DNA from: Candidatus Alloclostridium intestinigallinarum
GTDB lineage: Bacteria; Bacillota; Clostridia; Christensenellales; UBA3700
Direction of reading: 5' to 3'
DNA: 64,000 nt
Assembly (NCBI GenBank): GCA_904393845.1
Contig: CAJFNB010000001.1
Coordinates: 127,623 to 191,622 of the forward strand
The notes under the pieces are model-generated. The model was given only the letters and a program-made list of their open reading frames with translations, was not told the origin of the DNA and did not search any database. Each line of letters opens with the position of its first letter. The first letter of the stretch is position 1. A program made the translations under genes and the position numbers. Below are positions 49,794 to 59,681 of this stretch, in pieces.

Positions 49794-50426
49794 ATGGCTA
49801 TAATTTCCGAAGAACTCACAAAAGCGCGCCGCGAAGAGATAGTGTCCGCCTGCGCGGAGCTGTACGACGTGATGCCCTATAAGGAGATAACGCCGGGCAA
49901 AATCAGCGAACGCACCTCTTTTACGCGCACGTCAATTTACAACTACTTCAACACGCGCGAGGAGATATTCCTCGCCCTGCTCGAACGCGAATACCGTTGC
50001 TGGACGGAAGATCAAAAGCGCATCTCAGAAAACATGTCGATGACCGTGGACGAATTTGCCGAAGCGTTTTCTTCCGCTCTTTCGCGGCGCGGGCGTATGC
50101 TCAAACTCGTGGCAATGAACTTATACGACCTGGAAGCGGGCAGCCGCGAAGAAAACCTTATTTCGTTCAAGCGCGCATACGGCGAAGCCCTGCAAGCCAC
50201 GCGCGACTGCCTTGTCCGATTCTTCCCTTCCCTTACCGCTGATGAACATACCCGCTTTTTATATGCGGTGTACCCTTTTATGTTCGGCGTGTATCCGTAC
50301 ACCGCCGTCACGGAAAAACAAAAACGCGCCATGGAGAGCGCGGGCGTGAAATACGAAACCTACTCCGTCCGCGAAATAACGCGTTCGCTGGTAAGCGCGC
50401 TGTTAAACGGTTTTTTGAATAAGTAA
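49794..50426 (+). CDS. TetR/AcrR-family transcriptional regulator
   Basis: N-terminal HTH region (YKEITPGKISERTSFTRTSIYNYFNTREEIF) with an all-helical C-terminus. Confidence 0.8.
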   Translation: MAIISEELTKARREEIVSACAELYDVMPYKEITPGKISERTSFTRTSIYNYFNTREEIFLALLEREYRCWTEDQKRISENMSMTVDEFAEAFSSALSRRGRMLKLVAMNLYDLEAGSREENLISFKRAYGEALQATRDCLVRFFPSLTADEHTRFLYAVYPFMFGVYPYTAVTEKQKRAMESAGVKYETYSVREITRSLVSALLNGFLNK

Positions 50427-50565
50427 ATTTAACGAAAGGACGCGGGTTTATCCCGCTTCTTTTTATCAGGGATTACTTTAATGTTTTTCTGCAAAGTTTT
50501 ATCAGAACTGCGCCATATTGCCGAAGTCCGAAATAAAGAAATTTTGCCGAAACCGAAATTATTCC

Positions 50566-52089
50566 CTACACGGGCACGACGACAAAACAGGCGATAACCA
50601 CGATTAAAAGGCACAAAAGCGCGCACACCTTTTTGATAGTTGACGGCGCAACGGAGAAGGTGGAAGCGCATGCAAGAAGCGGATAGTAATAAACGCACAA
50701 AAGCGGTGAAAAAGCGGCGTTGAGCGCGGCGGAAGAAACCTCTGCCGCCGCCTGCACGAAACGAATGGCGTAGTAAGTTGGTACTGCGGCAACCGTAAGC
50801 AACGTGCCGAGTTGCGGAATTATCGTGGTGAGCACGGTGGCGGCGAGCAAAAAGGGATAGAAAAGCGAAGTGAGCGGACAGACTATCAAATTTACGGGAA
50901 TGGTGGCGAGCGGCACGGTCCCGAAGTAGAGGAACATAAACGGCAGTAAGCCTATATTGGAAGAAATCGTTATGGCGATTCCGTCCGCCAAGGGGCGCCA
51001 CAGCACTTTGCGCAGCACGTTTGAAACGGGCTTCATCGTTCCGATAATGCCGAACACAGCGCCGTAACTCATCAAAAAGCCCGCGTCGAATAAAAAGTAC
51101 GGGGCGCAAAGCAGGAGCAGGCTTGCGGAAATACCGCCTGCGGTAAGGGCGTCGTACCGCTCGAAACCCATTTTGCAAAGCACGCTTACCAGAATCATCA
51201 CCGCGCTTCTTAAAACCGAAGGCGAAAAAGAACAAAGCGCGCTGTACCCTATAAGAATAAAGCAGTCTATTCCGAACGCTATAACTTTGGGCATGCGGAT
51301 TTTATTCAGAAGCGCACTGCACGCGTAAAACAAGAGCGCCACGTGCAGACCCGAAACGGCGAAAAGGTGCGCCGTGCCCGTATTGCGGAAGGAATCCGCC
51401 ACGGAATAGGAAAGATAGGAAGTGTCACCGAAAATCATGGCGAACAAAAAGTTGGCGGTCACGCCGTTGCAGTTGTCCAAAAGCGCATTCCGCACCGCAA
51501 AGCGCACCTGTTCCACCGCGGTCACCTTGCCCGGAGTGAGCGAAAACGCGTAATCGGAAACCGCCGCCGTGTAATATACTCCGTATTTCGCGCCCATAAG
51601 GCTGTCGTATTCGCCTGCGGAAAACTCCGCGCCCGTCAGACTGCCCGTAAAATGTATGTACTCGCCCACGTCCATATCCCCGCGCACATAGAACGGAAGA
51701 TACAAACTCGCCTTACCCCGCACGCTTTCGCCGTTAACCGTAAGGCTGTCCAGCTCCAGAAGGTATCCGCCGTCCACAAGCGTGCACTCTCCGTAAGAGT
51801 TGCAGTTAGACGCGTCAGTTATCCTGCCCGCAATATCGCCTTCATAGCTGCCCGACGGGAAAAGCGCCGCATACAAAGTGGCTGCCATTGCGCCGAGAAA
51901 CAGTCCCGCGGAAAACAGCACAAACTCCTTTTTCACCCTTCCCGTTACAAACATAATAAGGGAAACAATGCAAAACAGCACTGTTAGGGCGGCTGTAAAC
52001 AGCACAGGCAAGAAAAATGCCGAGGAGATACCCACGGCAATGCCTGCCGCTATCCACAGCGGAGGGCGATAAATCGACAATTTGGTCAT
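50566..52089 (-). CDS. comEC: ComEC/Rec2-family DNA internalisation channel protein (no beta-lactamase domain)
   Basis: Polytopic protein with FAVSGLHVALL competence-domain motif. At 507 aa it lacks the C-terminal metallo-beta-lactamase module of long ComEC proteins. Confidence 0.75.
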   Translation of the reverse strand: MTKLSIYRPPLWIAAGIAVGISSAFFLPVLFTAALTVLFCIVSLIMFVTGRVKKEFVLFSAGLFLGAMAATLYAALFPSGSYEGDIAGRITDASNCNSYGECTLVDGGYLLELDSLTVNGESVRGKASLYLPFYVRGDMDVGEYIHFTGSLTGAEFSAGEYDSLMGAKYGVYYTAAVSDYAFSLTPGKVTAVEQVRFAVRNALLDNCNGVTANFLFAMIFGDTSYLSYSVADSFRNTGTAHLFAVSGLHVALLFYACSALLNKIRMPKVIAFGIDCFILIGYSALCSFSPSVLRSAVMILVSVLCKMGFERYDALTAGGISASLLLLCAPYFLFDAGFLMSYGAVFGIIGTMKPVSNVLRKVLWRPLADGIAITISSNIGLLPFMFLYFGTVPLATIPVNLIVCPLTSLFYPFLLAATVLTTIIPQLGTLLTVAAVPTYYAIRFVQAAAEVSSAALNAAFSPLLCVYYYPLLACASTFSVAPSTIKKVCALLCLLIVVIACFVVVPV

Positions 52090-52090
52090 T

Positions 52091-52624
52091 TTAATCTTTC
52101 ACGTATCTGGCTTTGTATTCCGCCATAGCTTTTGCTATGACTTTATCGGTATCGTTTCTGCCGTATATTTCCAGCACGGTCATTATCTTGCCTTCCAGCT
52201 GTTTATACACGCCGAAGAAGTGTTTTATTTCGTTGAGTATATGCGGCGGAAGCTGGGATATATCCTCGTAGCAGTTCATATTCGGCTCTTTGAAAGGCAC
52301 GGCGATTACTTTAATGTCCTCGGCGCCGTCGTCAATCATGGTGATATGCCCTATCGGGTAGCACTGCACCAGAGAAAGCGGCACGAGCGGTTCGCTGCAC
52401 AGCACGAGCACGTCGAGCGGGTCGCCGTCGTCGGCATATGTACGCGGAATAAAGCCGTAATTGGCGGGATAGTGCGTGGACGTGTACAAAATACGGTCGA
52501 GCCTGAGCATACCCGTATCCTTATCCACTTCGTATTTGTTCTTACTGCCCTTGGAAATTTCTATGCAGGCAATGAAATTTTCGGGAGCAATCCTGCTCTC
52601 ATCGAGGTCGTGCCAAATGTTCAT
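52091..52624 (-). CDS. ppa: Inorganic pyrophosphatase (family I)
   Basis: EISKGSKNKYEVDK and YPANYGFIPRTYADDGDPLDVLVL motifs. Confidence 0.93.
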   Translation of the reverse strand: MNIWHDLDESRIAPENFIACIEISKGSKNKYEVDKDTGMLRLDRILYTSTHYPANYGFIPRTYADDGDPLDVLVLCSEPLVPLSLVQCYPIGHITMIDDGAEDIKVIAVPFKEPNMNCYEDISQLPPHILNEIKHFFGVYKQLEGKIMTVLEIYGRNDTDKVIAKAMAEYKARYVKD

Positions 52625-52639
52625 GTCTTTTTGTGCGGA

Positions 52640-53671
52640 TTACCATTTGTTGTAAACTTTTTCCGCAAACCCCCTTTGTCCGTTAAGTGTTATTATACTG
52701 CCGTCGTCCAGCTTTGCCGTGCCGTAAAATCCGCCGAACACCTGGTGCTGACGGGTGCACAGCACGCCCAGACTTATGCCGTCGTGTCTGTCTACGTCGG
52801 GACGGAAAGTAAGGTCGAGTCTGCCTTCGTCGTCCGTCATCTTCCATTCCCCTTCAAAGTCGCTTTCGCCGCCGGGCAACGAGGGAATGTCGAATTCCAC
52901 CCTGCCCAGCTTGTGCATTTTGCCCTTATAAAACAGCATATTTTCCGAAGCCGCCGACGTGTCCCCGAATCCGTAGCCGAGGTTAAAGCCGAACTTCTCT
53001 CCGTCCACGTATGCGGAAAGACTGCTCCAATACCATGTATTTTCGTACGTCCACACGCCCCTGCCCCAATCGAGCACCGCCAGCGATTTTGCGGGGTCGA
53101 AGTCGCGGCGCGCTCCGCCCAGCTCGAAGTAGCCGGAAGCCGTCATGCAGTTGAGTTTGGCGTTGTAATAAAAAGCCTTGTCATTTTCCTTGAACGGGGT
53201 GGCTATGACCATGTTTTCCGCCTGCGGCTGGGAAAGCGTTATATCCGCAACCAGCGTTTTGCCGTCGCGGAATTTGGGATATTCGCAATAAAGTCTGCGG
53301 TAGATGCCGTCGTTGACAAAGGACAGCTTTTTCCCGCCTATACGCAGGGAAACGTCGCCCCTTTCGTAGGTGGAAGGAAAGCCCGTCTTGCCCAGCGGCA
53401 GTAAGCCTATTGCCGACTGCGTTTTGAACGCCCTCGAATGGGTGTCCACAAGCGAAACGCTCGCCATGGAAATATATCCTATATCCGCAATGGTCAGGCA
53501 GAGAAAGACTTCTCCGTCCGTAACCGCGTAGTAATCCCACTCCTTGATTCTGAATTTCGACGCGTTTATCCTGCTCCTGTCGTATTTTTTCGCAAGATAG
53601 GTGGAATAACCCGCCTGAATAAGTTTGCCGTTATTATCGAGCAGATCGCCTTCCGTGAGTAATGTCTGCAT
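52640..53671 (-). CDS. DUF2804-like beta-rich protein
   Basis: Start taken at MQTLLTEG, which follows a GGAGGG RBS. The IKEWDYYAV pattern recalls DUF2804. The upstream in-frame extension looks non-coding. Confidence 0.5.
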   Translation of the reverse strand: MQTLLTEGDLLDNNGKLIQAGYSTYLAKKYDRSRINASKFRIKEWDYYAVTDGEVFLCLTIADIGYISMASVSLVDTHSRAFKTQSAIGLLPLGKTGFPSTYERGDVSLRIGGKKLSFVNDGIYRRLYCEYPKFRDGKTLVADITLSQPQAENMVIATPFKENDKAFYYNAKLNCMTASGYFELGGARRDFDPAKSLAVLDWGRGVWTYENTWYWSSLSAYVDGEKFGFNLGYGFGDTSAASENMLFYKGKMHKLGRVEFDIPSLPGGESDFEGEWKMTDDEGRLDLTFRPDVDRHDGISLGVLCTRQHQVFGGFYGTAKLDDGSIITLNGQRGFAEKVYNKW

Positions 53672-54119
53672 AATTCCCTCCGCAGTCAAAGGGCTTTGCC
53701 CCTTCACTTCTTTTATTATTATAACACGCCTTTTTACAAAAGTAAATACCGAATAATAGCCGTACTTTCCGCGTTTTGCAAAAGCGCGGGGGCAAGCCGC
53801 CCGAAAGCGGTGCGATAAAAGCGTTCCGCCAAGGTCCGCTACGGGTGTGCGGATTTTAATGCGGGCATGAAAATTCGCTTTCTCCGCTTCCGGCGCTGTC
53901 CGGCAGTTTTTTCCTTTCGTTACGGTTTTCACGCATACGCATCCGCCGTTTTATGACGCCGGCGGCATTGTCCGTCTGCGCTTTTTCGGACAAAGAGCCT
54001 GTTTTCGCCGCTTTTTTACACTCTTTTTACACCCGGTTAAATATATCTTTTACAAAATCTCAATTACTTAAAACATTATGTTTTGTATTGTTAAAATTAT
54101 GTCAATTTCGCAAAAAACC

Positions 54120-54148
54120 TTGTAAACAACGCGGTTGTGTGCTATAAT
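54120..54148 (+). promoter_or_regulatory. Sigma-70-type promoter of the ACT-domain gene
   Basis: TTGTAA, a 17-nt spacer and TATAAT, preceded by an extended -10 TG. Confidence 0.5.
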
Positions 54149-54169
54149 TGTCATTGTAGGGTGATACAT

Positions 54170-54559
54170 ATGATAATACAAGCTTTAGAAAAACCTTTCA
54201 GCATCTGCTCTTTCAGGCAGGATGCGCCAGTTGATTTGAACAAATTCGGCATCGCCTTTTTCGCACACACCGACGAAGGCTGTTCCGTAATCTGTCCCAG
54301 CGACGAAGTTCCGCAGGAAGCCGTCTCCCGCGACGACGGATGGCGCGCCGTACGCATAGCCCCTCCCGTGAACAGGGAGATGCTTGGCGTACTTCTCGAC
54401 CTTGCCAAAATTTTCGCGTCCGCGGAAGTCAGCGTCGTACCGGCAAGCACGTTTGAAACCATGTACTTCTTCCTGCGCTCGGACGGCTATCTGCGCGCTT
54501 TGCAGAGCCTGCAGGAAAACGGCTACAAGGTCGAAATGACGTATCTGCAGGGCAAATAA
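54170..54559 (+). CDS. ACT-domain-like small protein
   Basis: 129 aa; FSICSF...GVLLDLAKIFASAEVSVVPASTFETMYFFL resembles tandem ACT (ACT_7-like) proteins. Confidence 0.45.
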   Translation: MIIQALEKPFSICSFRQDAPVDLNKFGIAFFAHTDEGCSVICPSDEVPQEAVSRDDGWRAVRIAPPVNREMLGVLLDLAKIFASAEVSVVPASTFETMYFFLRSDGYLRALQSLQENGYKVEMTYLQGK

Positions 54560-54596
54560 TCCGCCGCAATATTTATTGTAAAACGGGAAAAAGACC

Positions 54597-54639
54597 GCGG
54601 AAAACATGCGTTTCCGCTTCTTTTCCTGTTTTTTTTTGT
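54597..54639 (+). terminator. Rho-independent terminator; also marks the left edge of the AT-rich islet
   Basis: Hairpin gcggaaaac / gtttccgc followed by a long T-rich run. Confidence 0.65.
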
Positions 54640-54859
54640 GAAATTTTCCGTTAGAAAATAGTTTGCCGCATTTTTACGTCACAGTCCGCTTATAAAGCGA
54701 TTTTCCTCCTTCACGGAGCTTATTTTCATTGCTTATCTTTTCTCTATATCAAAAAGTATTGCAGTCGTAATAATATTACAAAGTAAAATCAAAAGCGCGC
54801 GTTTTCTGATACATTATATTGTATTTGACTAGTTTAAATTCTGCCGCCATAAATTTATA

Positions 54860-56548
54860 TTATTTTTTAACTATCTCCCAACAATTACTATCAAAATTAA
54901 AAATCTGGCGAATAGTTTTATTTTCCAATTCTTTAACGCTACGTCCCAATTTTCCATATACGTTTTTTGTTTTGTTAAAACACATTATAGGATCTTCCTC
55001 AATGAAAACATACCAATCACTGTATATATTATGCGCTATTAATTTATCGTCCGTTCTTTCTCTCCACAATTGAAACAATGTTTTACCCGGCAAAACGCCA
55101 TTCTCATCAAATTTTTTAACAACCGTTTTTCCGTTATCGTTATAGGTAATACCAACTATCCGTTCATTTTCTTTTTCTACATCTGTAATAGATAAAAGTT
55201 CTTGATACGTATTGACTCTTGCTTTACCAAAACAATAACCACTGTTACACGTTGCTTCCTCGTCGTCTTTACCTATACGATAACGATAATTACAATATAA
55301 GCATTCAATGTCTTGAACACTTTTTAAATAAATCGGACATGCAAAATAAGAATGAAAAACTCCTTTCCCTGAAGATACTGTGGGTTCGCATATTTTCAAC
55401 AGCGCTTCTTTTGCTTTTTGTAGTTGCTCATGATAAATCCACCTCTTTTTCGTAATATCTGTTTGCAAAATATACTTCATTTCCGATTCAGTAACGCCAT
55501 CTTTTGCCCACGACAAATCAATTTCTACTATATTAAATCCTTCACCTTGTAACCTTGATTTTTCTTTTTCGTCTACGCTTGCTTTAATACGAATTAATAA
55601 AGCGACATAACTATCCTTGCAACGCAGGATTATAGATTTAGGTATCCGTGATTTTCCTTCATAGCAATAATTACTGTCAATATATTCTTCAATCCAAGCA
55701 GTTTTAACGACCATTCCCTTTCCTACCGGCAATATAATATCCGGCAATTTCAATTTTTTCTCTAATTCAAGTTGTGTCTTTAGCATCCCGAACAATTCGC
55801 CGCTTGTCCTATACATTATTACTGCGTTATCCGAATCCGGCTCTTTGGTTCTCGGAAAATTAAACGGATTTGTTTTTGAAATTTTTACCGGCTTGGCTAT
55901 TTGTTTTTTCGCTTCTCTTTCGTTTAAAGCTGTATTCAATGTTTCACTCGGGAAAATTGCATACTCTTCTACATGTTTTGAGTTATTTTGAGGCGATCTT
56001 CTTCTATAAATCCATTCTCCCAATGCTCCTCCCGATGGAAATTTATCGCTTTTTGCCCAACTTAGCAATCGTTCCAAGCTCGTAGCTGCCTCTTCTTTAC
56101 TGACCGCACGCATCCATTCAAAATCCCGATCCTCATAACTTTGTTGCAATTTGGAAGGATCTCTCAAAAATTCTTCAATACTGCCACAACACAAAACAAT
56201 TTTTTTAGCGGTAATAGGATTTAATATAGCATTTTCAAGTTTGGTAATCCATCTTAAATTTTCAGGACGATTATTTCTACGGTTTGTATCTATGTGATCG
56301 ACAACATATTGCGGGTTTGGTGCCGCACCATGAAAAGCTGTCGCTACTATCCTGTGTACTCGTTCACCCGCAATTTCTGCGTATCCCGTTTTATCATTAT
56401 ATTTCCCGAAAGTCCAATTATTATCGATCGAACGATGTCTCTTTCCTGTGCGTGAATGACGCATTACTGCACCATTATCTCTCACGGAATACGTTTCACC
56501 TTTATAAATACATTCTATTTCCTTTTCAAAATCGTCTATCATTTGCAT
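54860..56548 (-). CDS. HNH (NUMOD4 + HNH_3-like) nuclease fused to a ~440-aa uncharacterised Cys-containing C-terminal region
   Basis: N-terminus YKGETYSVRDNGAVMRHS and HRIVATAFHG...VVDHIDTNRRNNRPENLRWITKLEN. The C-terminal part has CPIYL...CLYCNYRY...CNSGYC. The gene is strongly AT-rich. Confidence 0.75.
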   Translation of the reverse strand: MQMIDDFEKEIECIYKGETYSVRDNGAVMRHSRTGKRHRSIDNNWTFGKYNDKTGYAEIAGERVHRIVATAFHGAAPNPQYVVDHIDTNRRNNRPENLRWITKLENAILNPITAKKIVLCCGSIEEFLRDPSKLQQSYEDRDFEWMRAVSKEEAATSLERLLSWAKSDKFPSGGALGEWIYRRRSPQNNSKHVEEYAIFPSETLNTALNEREAKKQIAKPVKISKTNPFNFPRTKEPDSDNAVIMYRTSGELFGMLKTQLELEKKLKLPDIILPVGKGMVVKTAWIEEYIDSNYCYEGKSRIPKSIILRCKDSYVALLIRIKASVDEKEKSRLQGEGFNIVEIDLSWAKDGVTESEMKYILQTDITKKRWIYHEQLQKAKEALLKICEPTVSSGKGVFHSYFACPIYLKSVQDIECLYCNYRYRIGKDDEEATCNSGYCFGKARVNTYQELLSITDVEKENERIVGITYNDNGKTVVKKFDENGVLPGKTLFQLWRERTDDKLIAHNIYSDWYVFIEEDPIMCFNKTKNVYGKLGRSVKELENKTIRQIFNFDSNCWEIVKK

Positions 56549-56977
56549 GCTACCTTATTATCTACACTATACAAGAATTCGCTTATACGATTCTTTCCAC
56601 TTTAAAAAATTTAATGTTTAAGCAATGCTTTGTATGTGTTATTTTCAAACACAATGTCTTTATCAATAAAATACCTATCAAAGATTTTTCTTTCTTTTCC
56701 AAGCATTCTTTTATTTACTTATGATAATTCATCCCCCTTTTTTAATATCATAACATATTTTTTATATTATGAGAAGTCAACATGTTTTATTTTATTAAGA
56801 AAGTTGACTTTTCATTTATGGGATCGTAGGAATTGCCTTTCAACGATTGCCGTCAGGAAATACCGAAGGTACAATCGCGTGCAGCCTGTCGCAGGCACAA
56901 GCCTGCACAGGGCTGCACTCCCCTTAGTTCCACCATCTGTAAACAAAAAAGACCCGCAAAATGCGAATCTTTTCAGA

Positions 56978-57341
56978 TGGTGGAGCTGAGGGGAGTTGAA
57001 CCCCTGTCCGAAAAACTTGAAGCGGCGCCTTCTACATACTTAGCCGATTGTTGTTATTCCCTTTAAGCCGGCCAAACGGCAAGCCTGCCTATCGGAGAGC
57101 CGCTAATCTTGCAATCCGCAGCGCGGCGATGCGGTTGCCCTGTTCCGCTGGATGATGCCGGAACGGGTTCGCGGACCTACCCGCCCGACACTTCGCTATA
57201 AGTTAAGCAGCGAAGGCGAGAGTTTGAGCGCTCTCGGTTTTGTTGTTGTTTGCGTTTAATTTTAATTTCCGTTTTTACGAAGACGAGCCTTCGGTATGCT
57301 TACTCCGCCCGCCATTCCCCGTCGAATGCCGGAACAGCCCC
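56978..57341 (-). ncRNA. ssrA: tmRNA (SsrA)
   Basis: Minus strand starts ggggctgttccggcattcgacgggg and ends ggggttcaactcccctcagctccacca. The internal tag ORF GCA AAC AAC AAC AAA ACC GAG AGC GCT CAA ACT CTC GCC TTC GCT GCT TAA encodes ANNNKTESAQTLAFAA. Confidence 0.9.
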
Positions 57342-57352
57342 TTGGATATTAC

Positions 57353-57381
57353 ATTATATATTATATGCGGAAATCTGTCAA
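57353..57381 (-). promoter_or_regulatory. Consensus sigma-70 promoter of ssrA
   Basis: Minus strand has TTGACA, a 17-nt spacer and TATAAT, ending 12 nt before the mature GGGG 5' end. Confidence 0.75.
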
Positions 57382-57525
57382 CAGCGAAATTTGTAATTTT
57401 TACAACTTCGCGCACGGCGGCGGAATTAAACGGTCTTCGCCCTGCTCCGCGCGGAAAATATTATTGAAACGGGTACGGTCATATGCTATAATATAATAAA
57501 GCTGTTTGCATAAGGAGGCTTTTTT

Positions 57526-58218
57526 ATGGTAAGAGTTTCTTTGCCCACCATATGCGTGGTGCCGAATATAGAAAAGAGGTATAATTCCATGCGCGTTCTT
57601 CGCGCCGTCGGAGCCGCGATTGCCATACTCGCTTTTGCGGGGGTGATTGCGATAATGGCTGTTTCGTTTTCGGACGCTTCCGACGGTATGATACTGCCCT
57701 TTATACCCATACCCATGCTGTGCATAATGGCGGGCATGCTGATTTTCGCGTTCGGAAATTACAAAGCGATGCAATACGCCAGGGTGAAAGCGGCGGTAAA
57801 CACCATTAAATCGCGCGACAAAATTTTACTTTTGGACGTGTTTTCCATGGAGAGCAATTCCATAGACCTTGCGCAGGCGATGCTGGATACCGGCAATCTG
57901 CCCGGGTACGAACTTGTGGGAAGCGTAATGCTGGCAAAAACCGAACTGCACGTGAGTGAAGAAGAAGCAGTTGCCGAACATAACGCGCGGCTGCAGTCCA
58001 TGCCCGCGATGATGGGCGCCATGATAAACGCCGCGCCCAATCTGGACAACACCTCTCCTTTGCCCGGACCCACGGCGCCGATAACTCCCGCAAAAGACGA
58101 AAAGGACGGAAAGCCGCGCTTTTGCACGCAATGCGGAACGGCGCTTGCGGAAACGGATAAGTTCTGCCCTTCCTGCGGCGCACCCGTTTCCCGACGGGAC
58201 GGCGCGCCCCGCTCTTAA
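57526..58218 (+). CDS. Membrane protein with C-terminal zinc-ribbon
   Basis: AAGGAGG RBS, two TM helices and C-terminal FCTQCGTALAETDKFCPSCGAPV. Confidence 0.6.
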   Translation: MVRVSLPTICVVPNIEKRYNSMRVLRAVGAAIAILAFAGVIAIMAVSFSDASDGMILPFIPIPMLCIMAGMLIFAFGNYKAMQYARVKAAVNTIKSRDKILLLDVFSMESNSIDLAQAMLDTGNLPGYELVGSVMLAKTELHVSEEEAVAEHNARLQSMPAMMGAMINAAPNLDNTSPLPGPTAPITPAKDEKDGKPRFCTQCGTALAETDKFCPSCGAPVSRRDGAPRS

Positions 58219-58273
58219 TTTCACACCGCGGCGCTTTCTTGCCATATCCGCCGCAAGGTGATATAATAACCGT

Positions 58274-59605
58274 ATGGACACGATAGCGGCAATAGCCACT
58301 CCGCTCGGCACGGGCGCGGTGGGAATCATAAGGATAAGCGGTGAAAAAGCGCGCGATATAGTCGCACGCATATTTAAGCCGTACAAAATAGAAAATTTTT
58401 CAAAAGCGACCCCTTATATGATGTATCTGGGCAAACTGGATTGCGGCGGCGTGCGCGACAAAGCGCTTGCCGTACTTTTTGCCGCGCCCAACTCTTACAC
58501 GGGCGAGGACGTGGCGGAACTGCACTGCCACGGCGGAGCCGCCCTGCTCAGGCACGTGCTGGAAGGCGTTTGCGCCGCGGGCGCGAGGATAGCCGACAGG
58601 GGCGAATTCACGCGCCGCGCGTTTTTGAACGGCAAAATGGATTTGAGCGACGCCGAAGGCGTGATAGATATGATAAACGGCGATTCCGCCGCCGCAATCA
58701 ACGCCGGATACAGGCTTGCGACGGGCGGGGTATCCGCGGCGGTGCACGGTCTTACTTCTCCCCTTCTGGACGTAATTGCACACATGGAAGCGGCGCTAGA
58801 TTATCCCGAAGAGATGGAAGAAGAGGCGCGCCTTGCCGCCCAGCCCGTTCTGGACGCGCTCATAGAGAAAACGGAAAAACTGCTGTCCACCTGCCGCGCC
58901 GGGTCGGTGGTGAAAAACGGCATAACCGTGGCGATAGTAGGCGAAACCAACGTGGGAAAATCTTCCCTGCTCAACGCGCTTACCGGCCGCGACAGGGCGA
59001 TTGTGACCGACATAGCCGGCACCACGCGCGACAGCATAGAAGAAGCTCTCGAATGGAAGGGAATTACCCTGCGCTTTGTGGACACCGCGGGACTGAGGGA
59101 AAGCAGCGACGTGGTGGAGAGCATGGGCATAAGCCGAAGCAGGGATATTGCCAAATCAAGCGATATAGTGCTTTTTGTTACGGACGGAAGCCGCCCTAAC
59201 AATGCGAAAAAGTCCGAGCTATTGAAGGACGTAGGCGAAAACACTCCCGTAATAGACGTGGTGAACAAGAGCGACCTAAAGAATTTCTCCTGCGCAAAAG
59301 GGCTTAAGATAAGTGCCAGAACGGGTGAAAATCTGGACAAACTTAAAGACGTGATAGTCGAAACGGTTCTGGGCAAAAATATAGATTCGGGCGGCGAACT
59401 CATCACTTCCATACGCCATAAAGAGGCTTTGGAACGCGCCCTAGGAAGCCTCAAATCCGCGCAGGAAGGCTTTGACGAAGTCCCTGCCGAATGTACCCTG
59501 CTCGATTTGAGAGCGGCTTATTCCGCTTACGGCGAGATAACGGGCGATACGGCGGACGAAAAGATTATTGATACCATTTTTTCCAAATTCTGTCTGGGCA
59601 AGTAA
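58274..59605 (+). CDS. mnmE: tRNA modification GTPase MnmE
   Basis: MDTIAAIATPLGTGAVGIIRISG, G-domain GETNVGKSSLLNAL, and C-terminal CLGK. Confidence 0.94.
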   Translation: MDTIAAIATPLGTGAVGIIRISGEKARDIVARIFKPYKIENFSKATPYMMYLGKLDCGGVRDKALAVLFAAPNSYTGEDVAELHCHGGAALLRHVLEGVCAAGARIADRGEFTRRAFLNGKMDLSDAEGVIDMINGDSAAAINAGYRLATGGVSAAVHGLTSPLLDVIAHMEAALDYPEEMEEEARLAAQPVLDALIEKTEKLLSTCRAGSVVKNGITVAIVGETNVGKSSLLNALTGRDRAIVTDIAGTTRDSIEEALEWKGITLRFVDTAGLRESSDVVESMGISRSRDIAKSSDIVLFVTDGSRPNNAKKSELLKDVGENTPVIDVVNKSDLKNFSCAKGLKISARTGENLDKLKDVIVETVLGKNIDSGGELITSIRHKEALERALGSLKSAQEGFDEVPAECTLLDLRAAYSAYGEITGDTADEKIIDTIFSKFCLGK

Positions 59606-59610
59606 TCTCG

Positions 59611-59650
59611 GTCGGTGGAGTAGTATTGCTCCGCCGACATTTATATTAAA
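59611..59650 (+). terminator. Terminator-like hairpin after mnmE
   Basis: Stem gtcggtggag / ctccgccgac followed by an AT-rich tail. Confidence 0.5.
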
Positions 59651-59681
59651 CCTTTTTCCGAACGCTTCCAGTTACCGTCTA

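Noticed and set aside
53672-53932. 87-aa N-terminal extension of the DUF2804-like protein
   Set aside because: It has no RBS at 53932 and odd composition. A strong GGAGGG RBS precedes the internal Met at 53671.
54640-54860. Direct repeat of the tmRNA 3' end marking the distal att site of the islet
   Set aside because: No convincing match of 12 nt or more to the ssrA 3' end was found by eye at the left border. The island borders therefore rest on composition only.
56630-56989. 119-aa plus-strand ORF reaching into the tmRNA 3' end
   Set aside because: It is AT-rich low-complexity sequence with no RBS, and it runs across hairpins and the ssrA terminus.
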